A stretch of DNA of 64,000 nt from the NCBI GenBank assembly GCA_964016885.1, contig OZ024743.1:273916001-273980000 (forward strand), given 5' to 3'. Position 1 is the first letter of the stretch, and every line of letters begins with the position of its first letter. Source of the stretch: Eledone cirrhosa. Lineage: Eukaryota. The notes below the pieces were generated by a model. It ran no database searches, was not told the DNA's origin, and worked only from the letters and a program-made list of their open reading frames with translations. Of the stretch, positions 29,526 through 43,601 are shown in pieces. Position numbers and translations under genes: made by a program.

Positions 29526-30364
29526 GATATATGATAAAATAATAAATAATAAAATGAATATATAATCCATCCGCACACATTCCTGTGAGATGTACACACA
29601 TATATATTTATATATATATAAAATATATATATATATAAAGAATATATATATATACCTATATATACACACATACACACACACACACATACATACATACGCA
29701 CCCACATACACACACATACTCATACACAGCTATATATATACATATATATACACACACTCAAATATGTACACACATGTACATGCATGCACACATACATATA
29801 TATACTCAAGCATATACGTACACATGCACACATACACCCCCCCCCATAAACACACGTATATATATCTCCACGTACACACACACATATATATACATACGCA
29901 CAGGTCTACACATAAACACACATATAAAACAATAAGATAATAAAATAAAATAAATTTACAATATGTTAAAATACATTAAAATCTGTATATAACTTCAAAA
30001 AGAAATAAATAAAAAAGAGGGAGGTAAAGGAGAAGGTACGTGTGTTCATGTGATACACTGCACACAGGCAGTATAAGGTGCAAACTTTGGTCCGTGTATG
30101 GAACAAACAACAATAACAAAACAATAATAACAATATAATAATAATTGTTTCAAAGTGGAACATGTGGAGAGTATATATTGACGATTGGCAGTGAGAACAT
30201 TTTCCCCGTAAGAATTGCATGTGTCCGAAGGAACCTGCAGCCGTAGAATCAGCCAGATCCACACAGTGATCATGTCTCGAGCTACCTGCCGGCGAAACAA
30301 TTGTAACACGCAATAAACTGAGTCCAGATGCATCACTGAATTTTCGTTTATTTATACTATTCAC
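28027..30364. repeat. Fold-back unit with ~175-bp inverted arms (28027-28203 and 30189-30364) around degenerate (CA/TA)n; each arm has an HHR-like motif
   Basis: Arms are diverged reverse complements. TGT-C(T/C)GAAGG..GGC-GAAA-CAATTG-TA-(G/A)CA. Confidence 0.8.
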
Positions 30365-30387
30365 TTGTGTGTGTGTGTGTGTGTGTG

Positions 30388-30472
<85 letters not shown>

Positions 30473-31239
30473 GATAACAATATATCTTTAAAGGTAATCC
30501 GATAAGAGGTTGCAAAAATACTTATAATGGATAGTTTAAGCGTACGGTGCTGTGTGACTCAACAAGAGGTTTACGTGGATGACAAGTTTATGACTTCACT
30601 TTTGGAGTAATAAAATTGAAAAATTGAAAAAAAAAAATATATATATATATATATAAAATTTATAATTCATAATTTCCAAAGAACAACATCAGAACCTTTT
30701 GTATTTACATTATTATTATTATATAAATTATAAATTATATATATATAAATTATAAATTAAAAATTATATATTATAAATTTTTATATTATAAATGATAAAT
30801 TATTAATTATAAATTATAAATTTTATATATATATATATTTGTGTGCGCGTACGTTTATGTATATGTATGCATATGTATGCGTCGGCGCATAATTATACAC
30901 TGGCCTAAATATTTACTAAACTGACTCTTACTATTTTAATAACCTCTGATATTTTCGTTTAACAACTTTATTTATATTATTCTTAAACTCCCGGGCTGAG
31001 AATCATTCAGTTATTATAAATAAAATATATTTTAATTACTCCATTTATACCATAGACGTGATTTTGCCTTTGCATGAAATTGTTCTCTCTTCTCCACATA
31101 ACGACGTAATAGTAATAACTATCAGTATTTTATTTTTCCAAATATAATTCATTAGTAGAGAAAAGCAAAGAAGAATGACATGATGCTGAATGAAAACAAA
31201 AGCGATATATACAGACATACACACGCCGACCACATCTAA

Positions 31240-33342
31240 ATATGGAATGATACGCGATGGGGCTCCGCAAGCCCCGGCGGTCTGAATGGAGAAGACGTTT
31301 TCCCGGAAGACAGCAAGGGAGACGCGCAGGAAAAGTCACTCCAACTCGCGGGGCTCACACCTGTGGCTGGCTAGCTCAGCGCCTATGGTGGGGAATAGGG
31401 AGGTAGCCCTAGGGCCAAGGACACCAGAAGTCGCCACTGCCAGCGGTACAACCGCAAACCTGTCGGAGAGCGCCCGGTATTTGAGGAGTTTGGCCTCCTC
31501 AGCACTACGTGCAGCAGAACCCGGGTTAATCGCAGACTGCACCAGGTTGCAGCTGCAGAAAGTGTCGGTGCAGGTGGCATCACACGAGAGGTTTACCACC
31601 GCGGAACGGGAAGATGGTCATGACATCTGGCCTTTTGCTGTCCCCTCGGTCTAGCCACACCGGCTCGAGCTGGGAAGGGAAGCCGGCGTTGAGGGCAGCA
31701 TGGCGTGGAAGGCGGCCGGCACTGGGTCGACAGGATAGCGGGTCGAGGCCGAAAGTGTCCACGGTGGATCCGCAGTGTCATTGGTGTGGCTCGCAGATCC
31801 GGAGGCCGAGCCTCAGGGAAACGCCAATGGGCAGACTATTATTGTCTAGCTGTGTGCCAGTGGAGAAGGAGGGCAGGACATGGAGCCAGGTACCACTGTG
31901 GGGTTTCGAGGCCGCACGAAAACAGACAAGGCGGTGCTGGTCGAGCTGGCGCGTAAACCTCTTAGGCCAGGCTGCACTGGATGGCATCCCAAGTGCTTTG
32001 GGAGGATTTGACGTCAACAGGGGGAGAAGGAGGAGGGACGTCTACTGGGCTGAGTCCCAGGCGGTCCCACGTCTCACAGGCGGCCTCGCGTTCTTTGAAC
32101 ACAGAGGGTTCTATTGGGTTACCGACGAAATATACGCCGGCAAAGCCAGTGAGATCGGAGACTGGAGGCCAAGGCCACCATACCTGACAGGTAAAGTGGC
32201 GTGTTGCCATCCAATGAAGTCAAACTTGACGTTACATATCTCCTCCGCTGTTTCTCCGTACAGGTATCGAGGTCAGCGAAGAGAGATGTGTGAGTGTAGC
32301 ACGGAGCGCTGCGAAGTGTATAGAATGGACAGCACGTACGAGACGGAGGCTGCAAAGCTCTCAGCGCCGTGGCTGACGTTCACCACCTCCGACTTAGGCG
32401 AGTTGACATGGAGGCCGATTCCTGCTAGGGCAGGAACCACCGATTGTCGGTCATGGCAGACAGTCTGTACGGGCCGCACAACGTAGCATCATCCAGATAC
32501 CAAACATTGACAGGGGCCGTGATACTCCGGGCGATGTGGTCTATACCAAGGGCAAATAGGAGGGGCACCAGAGGGTCGGCCTTTTGGACCCCAGTAGCCG
32601 AGGTTATGACTGTATCAGCAGGAAGGAGCATGCTCGGGGCTCCATACGACAGGTAGGCCAGCGGGTAGGAAGAGAGGGGGTTGGCTGAGGCAGGCTTTGA
32701 GCAGATGGTCCCGGCGTAAGCAGTTGAATGTATTCCTAATGTCAAGCTTCACAATGAGGTGCCTGGAGTCCATGGATGCCGGTTCCGGTGGGCAGCTGTT
32801 GGAGAACTGTCTGGTTGTATGTGCGGCCCCCTCACAGCCACCGGACACGCCGACACCCCGTTACACCGAACTGAACTCCTCACCAATTTCGGGTGTTATG
32901 GACCTGCAGATTACCTTGGCAGCCAGCCTCCGGAAGACATTGCTCACAGCGATGGGGCGACGCCACCCTCTTTCTTTCTAAGAGCGGTGAGGCTAACCGA
33001 AAAAAAGAGGCCTCGAGCGTGAGGGTCCAAAGTGCCATGGATGAGCCTATTGGTGAGCGCCATAATTGCACTCAGAAGGCGGCGCCCGGCCTCAGTGGAG
33101 AGGTGGTATAGGATCTCCCTGAGGTGGCCTGGCCGGAGACCATCAACAACTCCGCTGCTGCTAGCTTGGAAGGACTTGATGGCGCACATGATGTCTTGCA
33201 TTAGAAGCTACAAGGAGCAAGTGGGAGGTCGGGTGGGGGTATGGGTCTGAGATCGGTGGGTGACTCAGGGTGCTTAAGTCGCAGGGCAGCCAGGACCTCC
33301 TAGGTGGCCTGGACGATAGTGTCCTCTGAGGCAACCACTCTT
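31240..33342 (-). mobile_element. 5'-truncated non-LTR retrotransposon with restriction-like endonuclease (CRE-like)
   Basis: GC-rich island. Minus-strand motifs across frameshifts: SSGVVDGLRPGHL, LTALRKKEGGV.PIAV, GVGVSGGCE, KLDIRNTFN, GVQKADPLVPLLF, VWYLDDATL, LPVRYGGLG, SLRLGL, RHAALN, KRPD, DATCTDT, AEEAKLLKY, PLAVATSG. Confidence 0.88.
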
Positions 33343-33344
33343 AT

Positions 33345-33546
33345 CCTCGCTTTTTTCCGTTCATTGCCCGGGAACGTCTTCACGAACCAAAGAATCGTCT
33401 TCCTGTTTTCCTTCGGTGGTAACGTTTTTCGAAATATTTACTTCGGCGTCCCCAAATTGATTTATTTTAGTTTCAGAAGATACCATTAAGCATGATTGCA
33501 GTGATTCTTTGTTTAAACTTTAATCTGTTATTTTAATATATATATA

Positions 33547-33632
<86 letters not shown>

Positions 33633-33945
33633 TAGATATATATATATATATGAGATCGGAGACTGTAGGCCAAGGCCACCATACCTGACAGGTAAAGTGG
33701 CGTGTTGCCATCCAATGAAGTCAAACTTGACGTTACATATCTCCTCCGCTGTTTCTCCGTACAGGTATCGAGGTCAGCGAAGAGAGATGTGTGAGTGTAG
33801 CACGGAGCGCTGCGAAGTGTATAGAATGGACAGCACGTACGAGACGGAGGCTGCAAAGATCTCAGCGCCGTGGCTGACGTTCACCACCTCTGACTTAGGC
33901 GAGTTGACATGGAGGCCGATTCCTGCTAGGGCAGGAACCACCGAT

Positions 33946-34023
<78 letters not shown>

Positions 34024-34265
34024 TATATATATATTAAAATAACAGATTAAAGTTTAAACAAAGAATCACTGCAATCATGCTTAATGGTATCTTCTGAAAC
34101 TAAAATAAATCAATTTGGGGACGCCGAAGTAAATATTTCGAAAAACGTTACCACCGAAGGAAATATTTCGAAACGTTACCACCGAAGGAAAACATATATA
34201 TATACAGTCCAGAAATAGCCGTCGAAACGGCTTGAGCTCTGCTGTTGGTGTCTCGAACATTTTCC
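33345..34265. repeat. Inverted copies of a short repeat (about 33410-33550 and 34020-34160; third copy 42873-43060) plus a partial 11202-family HHR (34205-34265)
   Basis: Direct sequence comparison. Confidence 0.8.
33652..33945 (-). mobile_element. Near-identical duplicate of internal CRE-like segment 32151-32445
   Basis: Direct sequence match with only a few substitutions; bounded by (TA)n on both sides. Confidence 0.9.
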
Positions 34266-34275
34266 TATATATATA

Positions 34276-34336
<61 letters not shown>

Positions 34337-35835
34337 GTGGGTGACCGCAGTGGGATCGAATCTGAAAACATGTGGTTGTAAAATGAACTTAATCATATGT
34401 CTATGAAACTACAGGGTGATGCCTGCACATACAAACCACAGTTTATTCTAATGATTGATGTTATAAAACAATTAATTGCGAAAAACTTTAAATCCGTAAA
34501 GCAGCCAACACTGTTTCCATTGTGATAAAACTTCGTAGTTATAAATGGAAATTTACCGCTGTTTTTAGTAATGTTTTTCTGGCAATGATTTTCAATTATG
34601 CGATCAGATTTTACAGAAACCTAATCCTAAAATTAATTTTAATCGCAGGCATTGTGTATTGCAAATTTTTATAAGATTTGTACGGTCTCTTAAATCTTAC
34701 AATAACTGTCACAGTAATATGATTTTGTTATATAATTCATTTACGAATGAAATTTGCGATGTGATCTCAAATTCTAAACTATGATTTTATAGGTGCATAT
34801 TGGAATCGTTTGAGCATATTTTCTAACCAACATAGTTTATAGATTAATTGTATATGACAGAGCAAACACATCTCTGCAGTCAACATGGCAAGCCCAGCTC
34901 TTAATGAGTGTGCCCAAAAGATCCCTATTAGAAGTTGTTAAAAAATATCCGATAGAGCTGCAGGTTTTTTGCCGTGATGCAATAATCGTTAATTTATATA
35001 TTCAGAACTATTACTGCCTCTGCCTCGGCCGTTGTGAGCAGAAGTGGTTACTGTGCAAAAGGTGATAGGCGGATACTGTTCAATCAGAAGGTTAAAGTCG
35101 CCATCCGAGCAAATAGAGAGGCTTACAAAGCTTGACTTGGAAACATGTCTTCCTTCTTATACTCTTGTTACAAATAGGCAGGAAAGGTCGCCGCTGCAGC
35201 GATATTAACGACTGCTAAGATTAATACATGGGTTGTTTCGGGCTTAAGCTGGAATACGACTTGAGATCAGCAAATAAAATATTTTGGTTGACTTCGGAAT
35301 ACGATGTCGCCGTCCACGCCTGCTAGCAGGACCTCGATGGGAGTTTTTTCTATGTAAGGGGAAGTGTTTCCTCGATATATGTCAAGAATAATTTACTAAT
35401 CTAAATCCATCCACACTATCTTCTGATGTACGTGTGGTGCTTCTTGGGTCAAAGTCTAACGTCTCGGGGGCTGAGAGTACCAAAACAATTAAACCGCTCA
35501 AATATAGCAAGGAAGAAATTCAACCTGAGATGTAAAAAACCTTAAATTAAGAATACCTCCTTTGTGCACAACAATGTTATTATCGTTAATATTTAAAAAT
35601 ATATATAAAATGCGTTTACACATTCCCTCTGAATGACTTTTTCAATATATTATATTACCATGACACCAGCTTTCCATAAAGCAAATTCCTTTCTGTCATA
35701 CGACAAATTCACATCCTAAATACATAAACGCTAACATATTTCCCTTGACACTTTCTCTTTTATATGGCTTTGTGTTTTAGACAATTCTTCTTTAATATTT
35801 AAAAAACGTTTTATACATTATTTTTCATTTTCTAG

Positions 35836-36100
35836 GATACAGTGACCCATTTTGCATGCTTGGAATTATGCCTAGCTGCCCAGTTGAATACTCTTCTAGT
35901 GAATCCACCAGCTCATATCCTGATGACGAGTGTCCACGTTATCGAGATAAGAAAGGGCTGAAAAAATTTTCGACGAGTAGCCTGCACAAGAAAAAAGACA
36001 AGCAGCAAGCTGTTAGAGACCTTTTGCCAGCGAAGCTTATACGGACAACCAATGTAAAAAAGAACACCTTAAATCCTGTGTGGAACGAGCGCTTCAGATT
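35836..36100 (+). CDS. BAIAP3: Coding exon of BAIAP3/Munc13-4-like C2A domain (YSDPFCMLGIM...LLPAKLIRTTNVKKNTLNPVWNERFR)
   Basis: ttttctAG acceptor ending at 35835 and GTAAGT donor at 36101. SDPxCMLGI, a Ser-rich/basic insert and LPAK..T.VK..TLNPVW match the split C2A of this family. Overlaps ORF 35856-36104. Confidence 0.92.
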
Positions 36101-38224
36101 GTAAGTTATATTTTGGCTATTTTATTCTTTATAACAAATAAATCGATGAAGAAAAAGCGGTAGAAATTGATTAAAATCCATATAATATATGGCTTATCGC
36201 TATATCATTAACATTTGATACCGATACACCCATGTAAGTAACATATTCAAAGTGTACCCCATCTAATTCCATTACACTATCAAAAGGAAAACATACGATC
36301 CAATATTAAATAAGTTAACACGAACACAAGATTAATATTTTCTCCACATGTGTTCAATGTTTCAACATTTTTTGCAATACTATATCTACCAATATTTGAC
36401 AACAAATTGATGCTACTTGCTTATTTATATTTCACTTTGTCTTTCATGTCACTAAATTAGTTTTTCCGTATAATTCCCGATTCAATTACGTATCGTTTTT
36501 CTCTAAATGATTTCGGTTTTCGTGCAAATGACATTATTTTATATATTCTCACTGTCTTTCTCATATTTCCAAATAATTTAATAAAACCAAAATAAATTTA
36601 GAAGGCAAACATTTGGCGTAGGAATCATTAATATAAACTTTGGACTTCCTAGCGTCAGTAGTACCAGAGAAGACACTGCATCATCCAATCTGTATGCAAG
36701 ATAAAACGGTGAGATAGTGGTTCAAAATGCTAGATTTCAGTCCTAGTGATAACAGGCCACCTCCCTGCTCACCACGATCGGCTCAGAATTGGATACAGGC
36801 AGGTATGGGCAAAGCGAGCTGGAATGGCTCTTCCAGCGAGTCTTCCTCTCCACCCACCCACCCCCCCGGGGAAACGCCTTGTTTATTCTGTCCGCCAGTG
36901 CCTGGGCCCCATTTGTTCATAATAGTGAGAGATTGGCAAAGCGCGGAAGAGACGGAGACAGTGACAGTAGGAGTTTGGTTCCTTCTTGTTCGGACCTGGT
37001 GTATTTGTACATGTTTCACTGAAAAGGGTATGTTGGGCGTAAAGGTTTGTACAATATCTGAAAAACATGAAGTCGTTATTCTACATGTTTTCTAACTATC
37101 GAGTAAAGGAATCATAGCATTTTCATTTATCCATGCGTTGACAGAGGATATTACTGATACTTGTGCTACGTCTGAACTGCTGAAAAGAAGACTAATAGTA
37201 TCTGAACTTCCAGTTGTGAAATTATCATGCGATGGTGATATTATCGATACTGCGACGACCAATATTTTAGCTGAATTATACAGAATAAAGAAATACATAT
37301 TGCTGTAGTAACTGATTGTTTGTATAATGAAGACGAAAACAGTCTTCTACAAACTGAAAGAAAATCACCGATGTATAGAATTCTAGGATCTTGTTTTGTA
37401 ATTGCAAGTATTTGTAGGTAACGAATGAGCTGAACTATAGTTTCTAAAGGTGAATAATTTTATATGCCACATTTTTTAGGCAAAAAGAAAGACTGATAGT
37501 ACCTTTTTAAAGGAAAATTACGTCCATATCAATTAATATTCTGAGATTATTTGCTACATCCATCTCAAAACTGTACGAAATTGTGTGATGCGAGATTCAA
37601 TTTTTATTGTTATTTCGTTACAAGATTCATATTTCTTAATTCATATTGCCGCGGTAAATTTAAATTTCATCCTTTTAAGGTTTTATTTTTATGATAAGTG
37701 TATTGGTTGATGCATTGCAAATGAGCCATAATAAATATGAGTAATAGACAAACGAACCCTACGTATGTATATAGGTATGTGCGGTGTGTGTATATCAATG
37801 TGTTAATACCTGTGTGATGTGAGTGGGGCAGTGTGTGTTCATGTTCGTTGTTGTACGAGGTTTTATGCATGTACGAGGAGCCACATACTACGCTAATGTG
37901 CTATTCACCCTGACAGCAAAATTTTCTTTCAGATAACGAGAAACATTGTGGAAATACCCAGTCATTATATTGGTGCCATCTCTCTCTAATTAGAATAACT
38001 TAACTGGTTCTTCACGTTTATCACCTTTTTCCATCCCAGCTTAAAAATATCATTCACCTACCCCACTTTTTTAATTTTCTAGACATCTGTTTCCACCATA
38101 ACTTTTAACCACCCCTTTGCTAGCTCTATCTTCCTCAAACCCATCTGCCTAACACGAAATGTTTCATCCTCTACTCCCCTTTTCTTTGAGTCTACTTCCT
38201 CGGTAGCCCTGAAAAGTATTTTGA

Positions 38225-38720
38225 GGGACGGTCGTTGACAAGCTTGGCCTGCACCCACTGTCTTGCCGCCAGAGCGAAGACCGGTTACCCAGACATGCAG
38301 TTCTCAACGACATATTGAGAAGGAGCCTGGATGCTGCTAGTTTCCCCTGACAACTGGAACCAGCAGACTTCGACAACGAAGACGGTATGCGACCCGACGG
38401 AACTACCCTCTTCCTATTCATAGGAGGTAGATCCTTTGAATAGGAAGAGGGTAGTTCTACGCCTCCCGAAAACAAACAAATACCGGGGATTGACCAGCCG
38501 CTTCCTCTTCGCACCGGTGGCCGTCGAGACCTCAGGCATATTGGATACCATTCAGCCGAGCTGATCCCGCAAGATCGGAGCGTCAGCAGCCCATCTGAGG
38601 AAGGAACCATGTGGGAGGGGGGGGGGGGGGGGGGCTTACTGCAGGAGTCGCAGGCTATTCTCCGCAGAAATGCCTTTGTGGCCCTGGCCGTGAGGCATAG
38701 CTACAACATCGCCACGCACT
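38225..38720 (+). mobile_element. 3' fragment of a related CRE-like element (zinc knuckle and endonuclease region)
   Basis: GTVVDKLGLHPLSC..LPRHAVLNDILRRSLDAASFP*QLEP..DGMRPDGTT, homologous to 31600-31780. Confidence 0.75.
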
Positions 38721-41449
38721 AGTCCCAGAACCCATCACCTTCTACCCACCCCCTCCCTTTCTTCTGTGGCCCTAAAGTCCTTGCCTTTCCCTTTCGTTTC
38801 ATCTCAGTTATGGCTTTCGTAGTCCTTTCCTCTACTTTCCTATACAACCAGAACTGCCTTTCCTTACTCCTTACCCATTTTCTCATTACATAATTTTGCT
38901 TTTTTCTTTCTTTCTCATATTTATCTCAACGTATATTCCCTCATGTCATTAATCCTTTACTAATGTGATTTCGAACGTATCAGCACCATGAAACTGTGTA
39001 CATCCTCCTACCAGCAACCTCCATTCTCCCCTCTCATACCAGCGCTACCCCTTAAACGCACCATCCTACCATCCTGAGGCACTGCTATCGCCTCTCTAAC
39101 ACGGTTATTTTCCTCTTTTTTTCCTTTCAACCTCGTCGTATTTTTATACGATGACTTCTTATTGTCTCTACTGCTGTGACAATGAAGGTAAAGTCGGACT
39201 TTACTTTTTTACACAGACAGAAATACTCATTAATTGCATCCATATATAGTTCCCCTAGAGCAAATAGCATTTCTTAAAGTGTGTTCTTCCACTTATAGAA
39301 CAATGCAATGTTAATAGACGCCATATTTCAATTCTCAACCATATCACTCACATGAAATAATTGAATATGTAGACCTAAAACGCTATCAAATGCATATACA
39401 CTGTATGCACACCATTTTCTCTTTGTGGTGTATGGCTTTTAATGTCTAGTATTTTAGTGTTGAACCTTTTTACTTGGGTGTCACTGGGTGTGGTTACATT
39501 CTTATGTGTTTGTGTGCATGCTTGAGTATATACGTCTGAGTAAGTGTGTGTGTGTGTGTATGCGTGTGTGTGTGTGTGTGTGTGCGTGTGTGTGTGTGTG
39601 TGAGAGAGTGTGTGTGTGTGTGAGAGTGTGTGTGTATTTCCATATCTGTGTTAGGGGGTATGATGCATGTTTGACATGGGTGTGTTATGTGGTGTTTATA
39701 TTGGATGTATAAAAAAGACGTAACTGTATGGGTGTGAGCGTGTTATTCGTAAGAATATGTGTTTGTGTAGTTTGAATGTATGAATGTTATGTGTATGTTG
39801 GTGTGTTTGCTGCACATGTGTGAATGTAACACCTATGTTAGTGTGTTACGTGTTCCTACTACGTATATATGATATGGGGAGTGCTGTTGTGTATCATCTG
39901 TCAGTACGTGCGTGCGAATTATAGGAATCGGGTTGGAGCATTGCAGATTTGGTGATGGGTGTGCGATTATCAATCATCCCATTTAAATATGTTTGTAATG
40001 AAGATAATATAACAATTTATAACATACGCTCAAGACTAGAAATATTGGGAGGATAATCGATTATTTCAGCCTTCGTATTTCACGAGGAGGTTATTTTACC
40101 GATCTCCGAAGAATTAAAGCAAAGTTGACCATGACAGGATTTGAACTTAGAATCTAAATATTGGGAACAATATGGCAAGTCATTTTCTCCGTGACTACAA
40201 GATTCTACCGATCTAATACTCCAGCAAATTGAGGGAAAAGATTCCGAAACACACACTGGTTTCGTATGAAACTACTGCCGTAAAATTAATGTTATGTTGC
40301 AGATTAATAACATTCCAAAATTCCTCAATCAACGTATAAATATAACTTGAGAAATGTTTATCAGGTCATGAAATTAACCATTCCTGGGTGGATTAAATCT
40401 CTTGAATGATTAAATTATTGGCCTGCTATATAATTGTCAATTTGTAGTTTCCCTTGTTTAGGGGTGGGATTTTATTTAGCTACAAGATAAGAGGCATTAT
40501 TACGGTGGACAGGGAACAAAGCAGTGCAGCTCCCAACCTTATTAATTGTTATCATTTCTAATGACGGTGGTAGTGATTAGGAAACTGAAAGAATGCAACA
40601 ATGGAGAGGGATGTGAAAGATGAAAATTTAAGAGATAACTAAATAGGGACTGCACTGGCGTCAGTAATAGGGTGGGGGATAAATTGGAAGGAAATGATAC
40701 AAATAGGGAAAATTGAATTTAGTTTAGATTGATGAGATGAGTCACCGTTTTATTGATTATTGATTTTTGTAAAATCCCCTTGTCTATTCTGAAACGATAG
40801 AGGATATGTTGATGTCAATTGCATATTATTCAATTGACTTGTTAAAAATATAAGGAATTAAAGAATGAAATGCCTCAGGGTTATGAACGTGTGCAGCCAT
40901 ACACGAAACTATAGGTAAATACAAATAGAAAGTTAAAGGAAACCCAGGGTAGGTGTAAAATAGAAAGGAAAGGAGAATACAGTGATAAATAACTGAGATA
41001 TATTCAATAAGATAGGTAAAATGAAACGTCAGTATTCTGTACGATTTTTATATTTGATTTCCATTGGTTTTGGGGAGACGATTTCTCCTTTGCAAATAAT
41101 CGATTCAGGTTTGCATGACTGATTTATGGAGCATGCATCTGTATTTCTGCAAGTGCACATAGACCCGCTTAATTTGGTTGTTTTTATTATTGCCTTTAAT
41201 TATGGTGAAGCACACAGCTTGGCAAGAAATATGAATTATTTTCTGTGTACAAACTAACTTAATATTATGTAAAATCAAAACAAACTCGACATATTGTAGC
41301 CACCCAGGCATTGCTCTGTAGTTCAGATTCAAACTTGTCAAATACATAATAAAGGTTCATAGCACTGAGCAGCATTCTGGGCACATAGGTTAGGGTCATT
41401 AAATGTTGTAGACCAAAACTGTTCCGTTTCTCAAGAGTATAGTTAATAA

Positions 41450-41720
41450 TGATTTCTACTTTTGGCACAATGCCAGCAATTACCCAGTACATTACTGGTA
41501 CTTTATTTTATCGACCCCGTAAGGATGAAAGGCAAAGTTAACCTCGGCGGGATTTGAACTCAGAACGTAAAGGAACGTAACAATGCTGGAAAGCATGGCG
41601 TCCGACTCTCTACCGATACTGCCAATTCACAGGAAGAAGGCCAGTAATTTGGGGGGAGGGGAAATTCGATTAAATCGACTCCAGTACGTTATTGGTGCTT
41701 TATTTTATCGACCCCGTATA
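41450..41720 (-). mobile_element. tRNA-derived SINE, family 1, followed by an older partial copy
   Basis: Full copy 41450-41626; second TTTTATCGACCCCGT body near 41640-41720. Confidence 0.8.
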
Positions 41721-42280
41721 GACATAAGACCAGACACTTTGTGGAGAGCTAGTCAATTAAATCGGCCCCATGTTTATTTTATGGATCCGAAAGAAAATTA
41801 ACTACAATGGGATTTGAATGTAAAACGTAATGTACCTAGATAAATAGCACACGGCGATCGTCTAACTATTCTGACAATCAACCAGCGTATTTAATAAAAA
41901 AAATCAGAATGGTTGCTAATTTAAGCACGATACCAAAAGTTTGATGGGTGGGGTTAATTTACTAAATCAATCCCAATACTTGACTGATATTTTACTTTAT
42001 CAACAACGGAAACATGAAAAACAAAGTTTACCACAGCGTAAAGAACCAGTTCAAATACCGCAAGGAATTGATCTAATTGTTCTGATAATCAAGCACCGTA
42101 TTTAATAATAATCACAGTATTAACATTTGTATTATATTTCTAATGCGAGTTATATTACGTTAGTTTACATGCAGCTATGAATAATACTTTTCATGTTCCT
42201 ACTGACGTAAATATCCTACTGTCAGTTTACATTTGTATTTGTGTAATTACGTAAAACATATACTCACACCCACTCTCTCG

Positions 42281-42383
<103 letters not shown>

Positions 42384-42890
42384 TATATATATATATATAT
42401 TGATATGCGCGTTAATATAGATTTAGTCATATTTTTTTATCATGTTTTACTAACAGAAAGAGACATTTTATTCTTATAGCTGCTATTGCACAATAAAAAT
42501 CGATATATTCTTGTCCTGGAAACTTTGCTTCAGTTGACAATGCATTGGGAATTATTTGATCATCTATAAATAGTAAAGCTGAACTGAAATTAATCTGTTA
42601 GCTAACAACATGACTTCTCTGCAGAGTTAGATTCCTGTAAAATGTGTAAAATGTGTATGGAGAAAAAACTAAAGAGTTAATCAGTATGTTGTGTGCTTCA
42701 AAGGTCATATTGCATGAATGGACTGTTTCCTTGTTTGTATATTTTTCGAGTGTATTTTCGTCATTATACAAACATATTTTACGATTCTTATCTGAGCTTT
42801 ATATATGTATGCGGTATATTGCCAAATACACTATACATAAATTCATATATATATATATATATATATATATTTATTAAAATAACAGATTAA

Positions 42891-42941
42891 AGTTTAAGCA
42901 AAGAATCGCTGCTTTCACCCTTAACGGGATCTTCTGAAACT
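42891..42941 (-). ncRNA. Hammerhead-like motif with CAGAAGA core
   Basis: Minus strand: AGTTT-CAGAAGA-TCCCGTTAAGGGT-GAAA-GCA..TGC-TT-AAACT. Degraded homologues at 33469-33519 and 34050-34101. Confidence 0.45.
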
Positions 42942-43156
42942 AACAAAGTCAATCTGTAAACGCAGAACTGGATATTTCAAAAAACGTTGCAACCGGAGGA
43001 AGACAGGAAGACGATACTTTGGTTCATGGTGACGTTCGCTGGCAAAGAACGGGAAAAAACGAATAATACGTCATTAATAGGAGCGGTGAAAAACAATTAC
43101 GTGCAATATATATTTTCCTTATCGAGCCCTCTCTGGATTTTAGTCTTCAATTTTAT

Positions 43157-43236
<80 letters not shown>

Positions 43237-43404
43237 GACGTTCATTTTACAAAATGAAAAGAAAACGGGATGTCCTACATGAGTGAAAGTATAAGTAACA
43301 AAGTTCAAATCGAAAATGCAATAAGAATATTTATTTGGTTGCTTTACCGGTTTGTCAGTTCTTGTGCTTTTCAAAAGTAGAATTGAGACGGAGGATTTGT
43401 GGGT

Positions 43405-43440
43405 TTTTTGAAAAATACAGGAACTGCGAAACCGGTAAAG
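43405..43440 (+). ncRNA. Minimal hammerhead-like motif, U3-A8 core, palindromic stem III
   Basis: TTT-TTGAAAA-ATACAGGAACTGC-GAAA-CCGG-TA-AAG; inverted partner at 43325-43376. Confidence 0.55.
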
Positions 43441-43527
43441 GAACCAAATAAATATTCTAAAAAAGACTCTAGCTGCATTTTTTATTCCATCTTTTTTCCC
43501 TATATATATATATGTATATACTTTTAA

Positions 43528-43601
<74 letters not shown>

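Noticed and set aside
31614-32486. 290-aa plus-strand ORF
   Set aside because: Antisense shadow of the GC-rich CRE-like RT; all recognisable motifs are on the minus strand.
34860-35480. Possible degraded LTR-element gag fragment (a similarly vague patch lies at 2230-2760)
   Set aside because: Only faint resemblance with many stops; needs a profile search.
36640-37100. GC-richer patch with overlapping short ORFs
   Set aside because: No recognisable motif or phase-compatible splice sites; possibly an old repeat.
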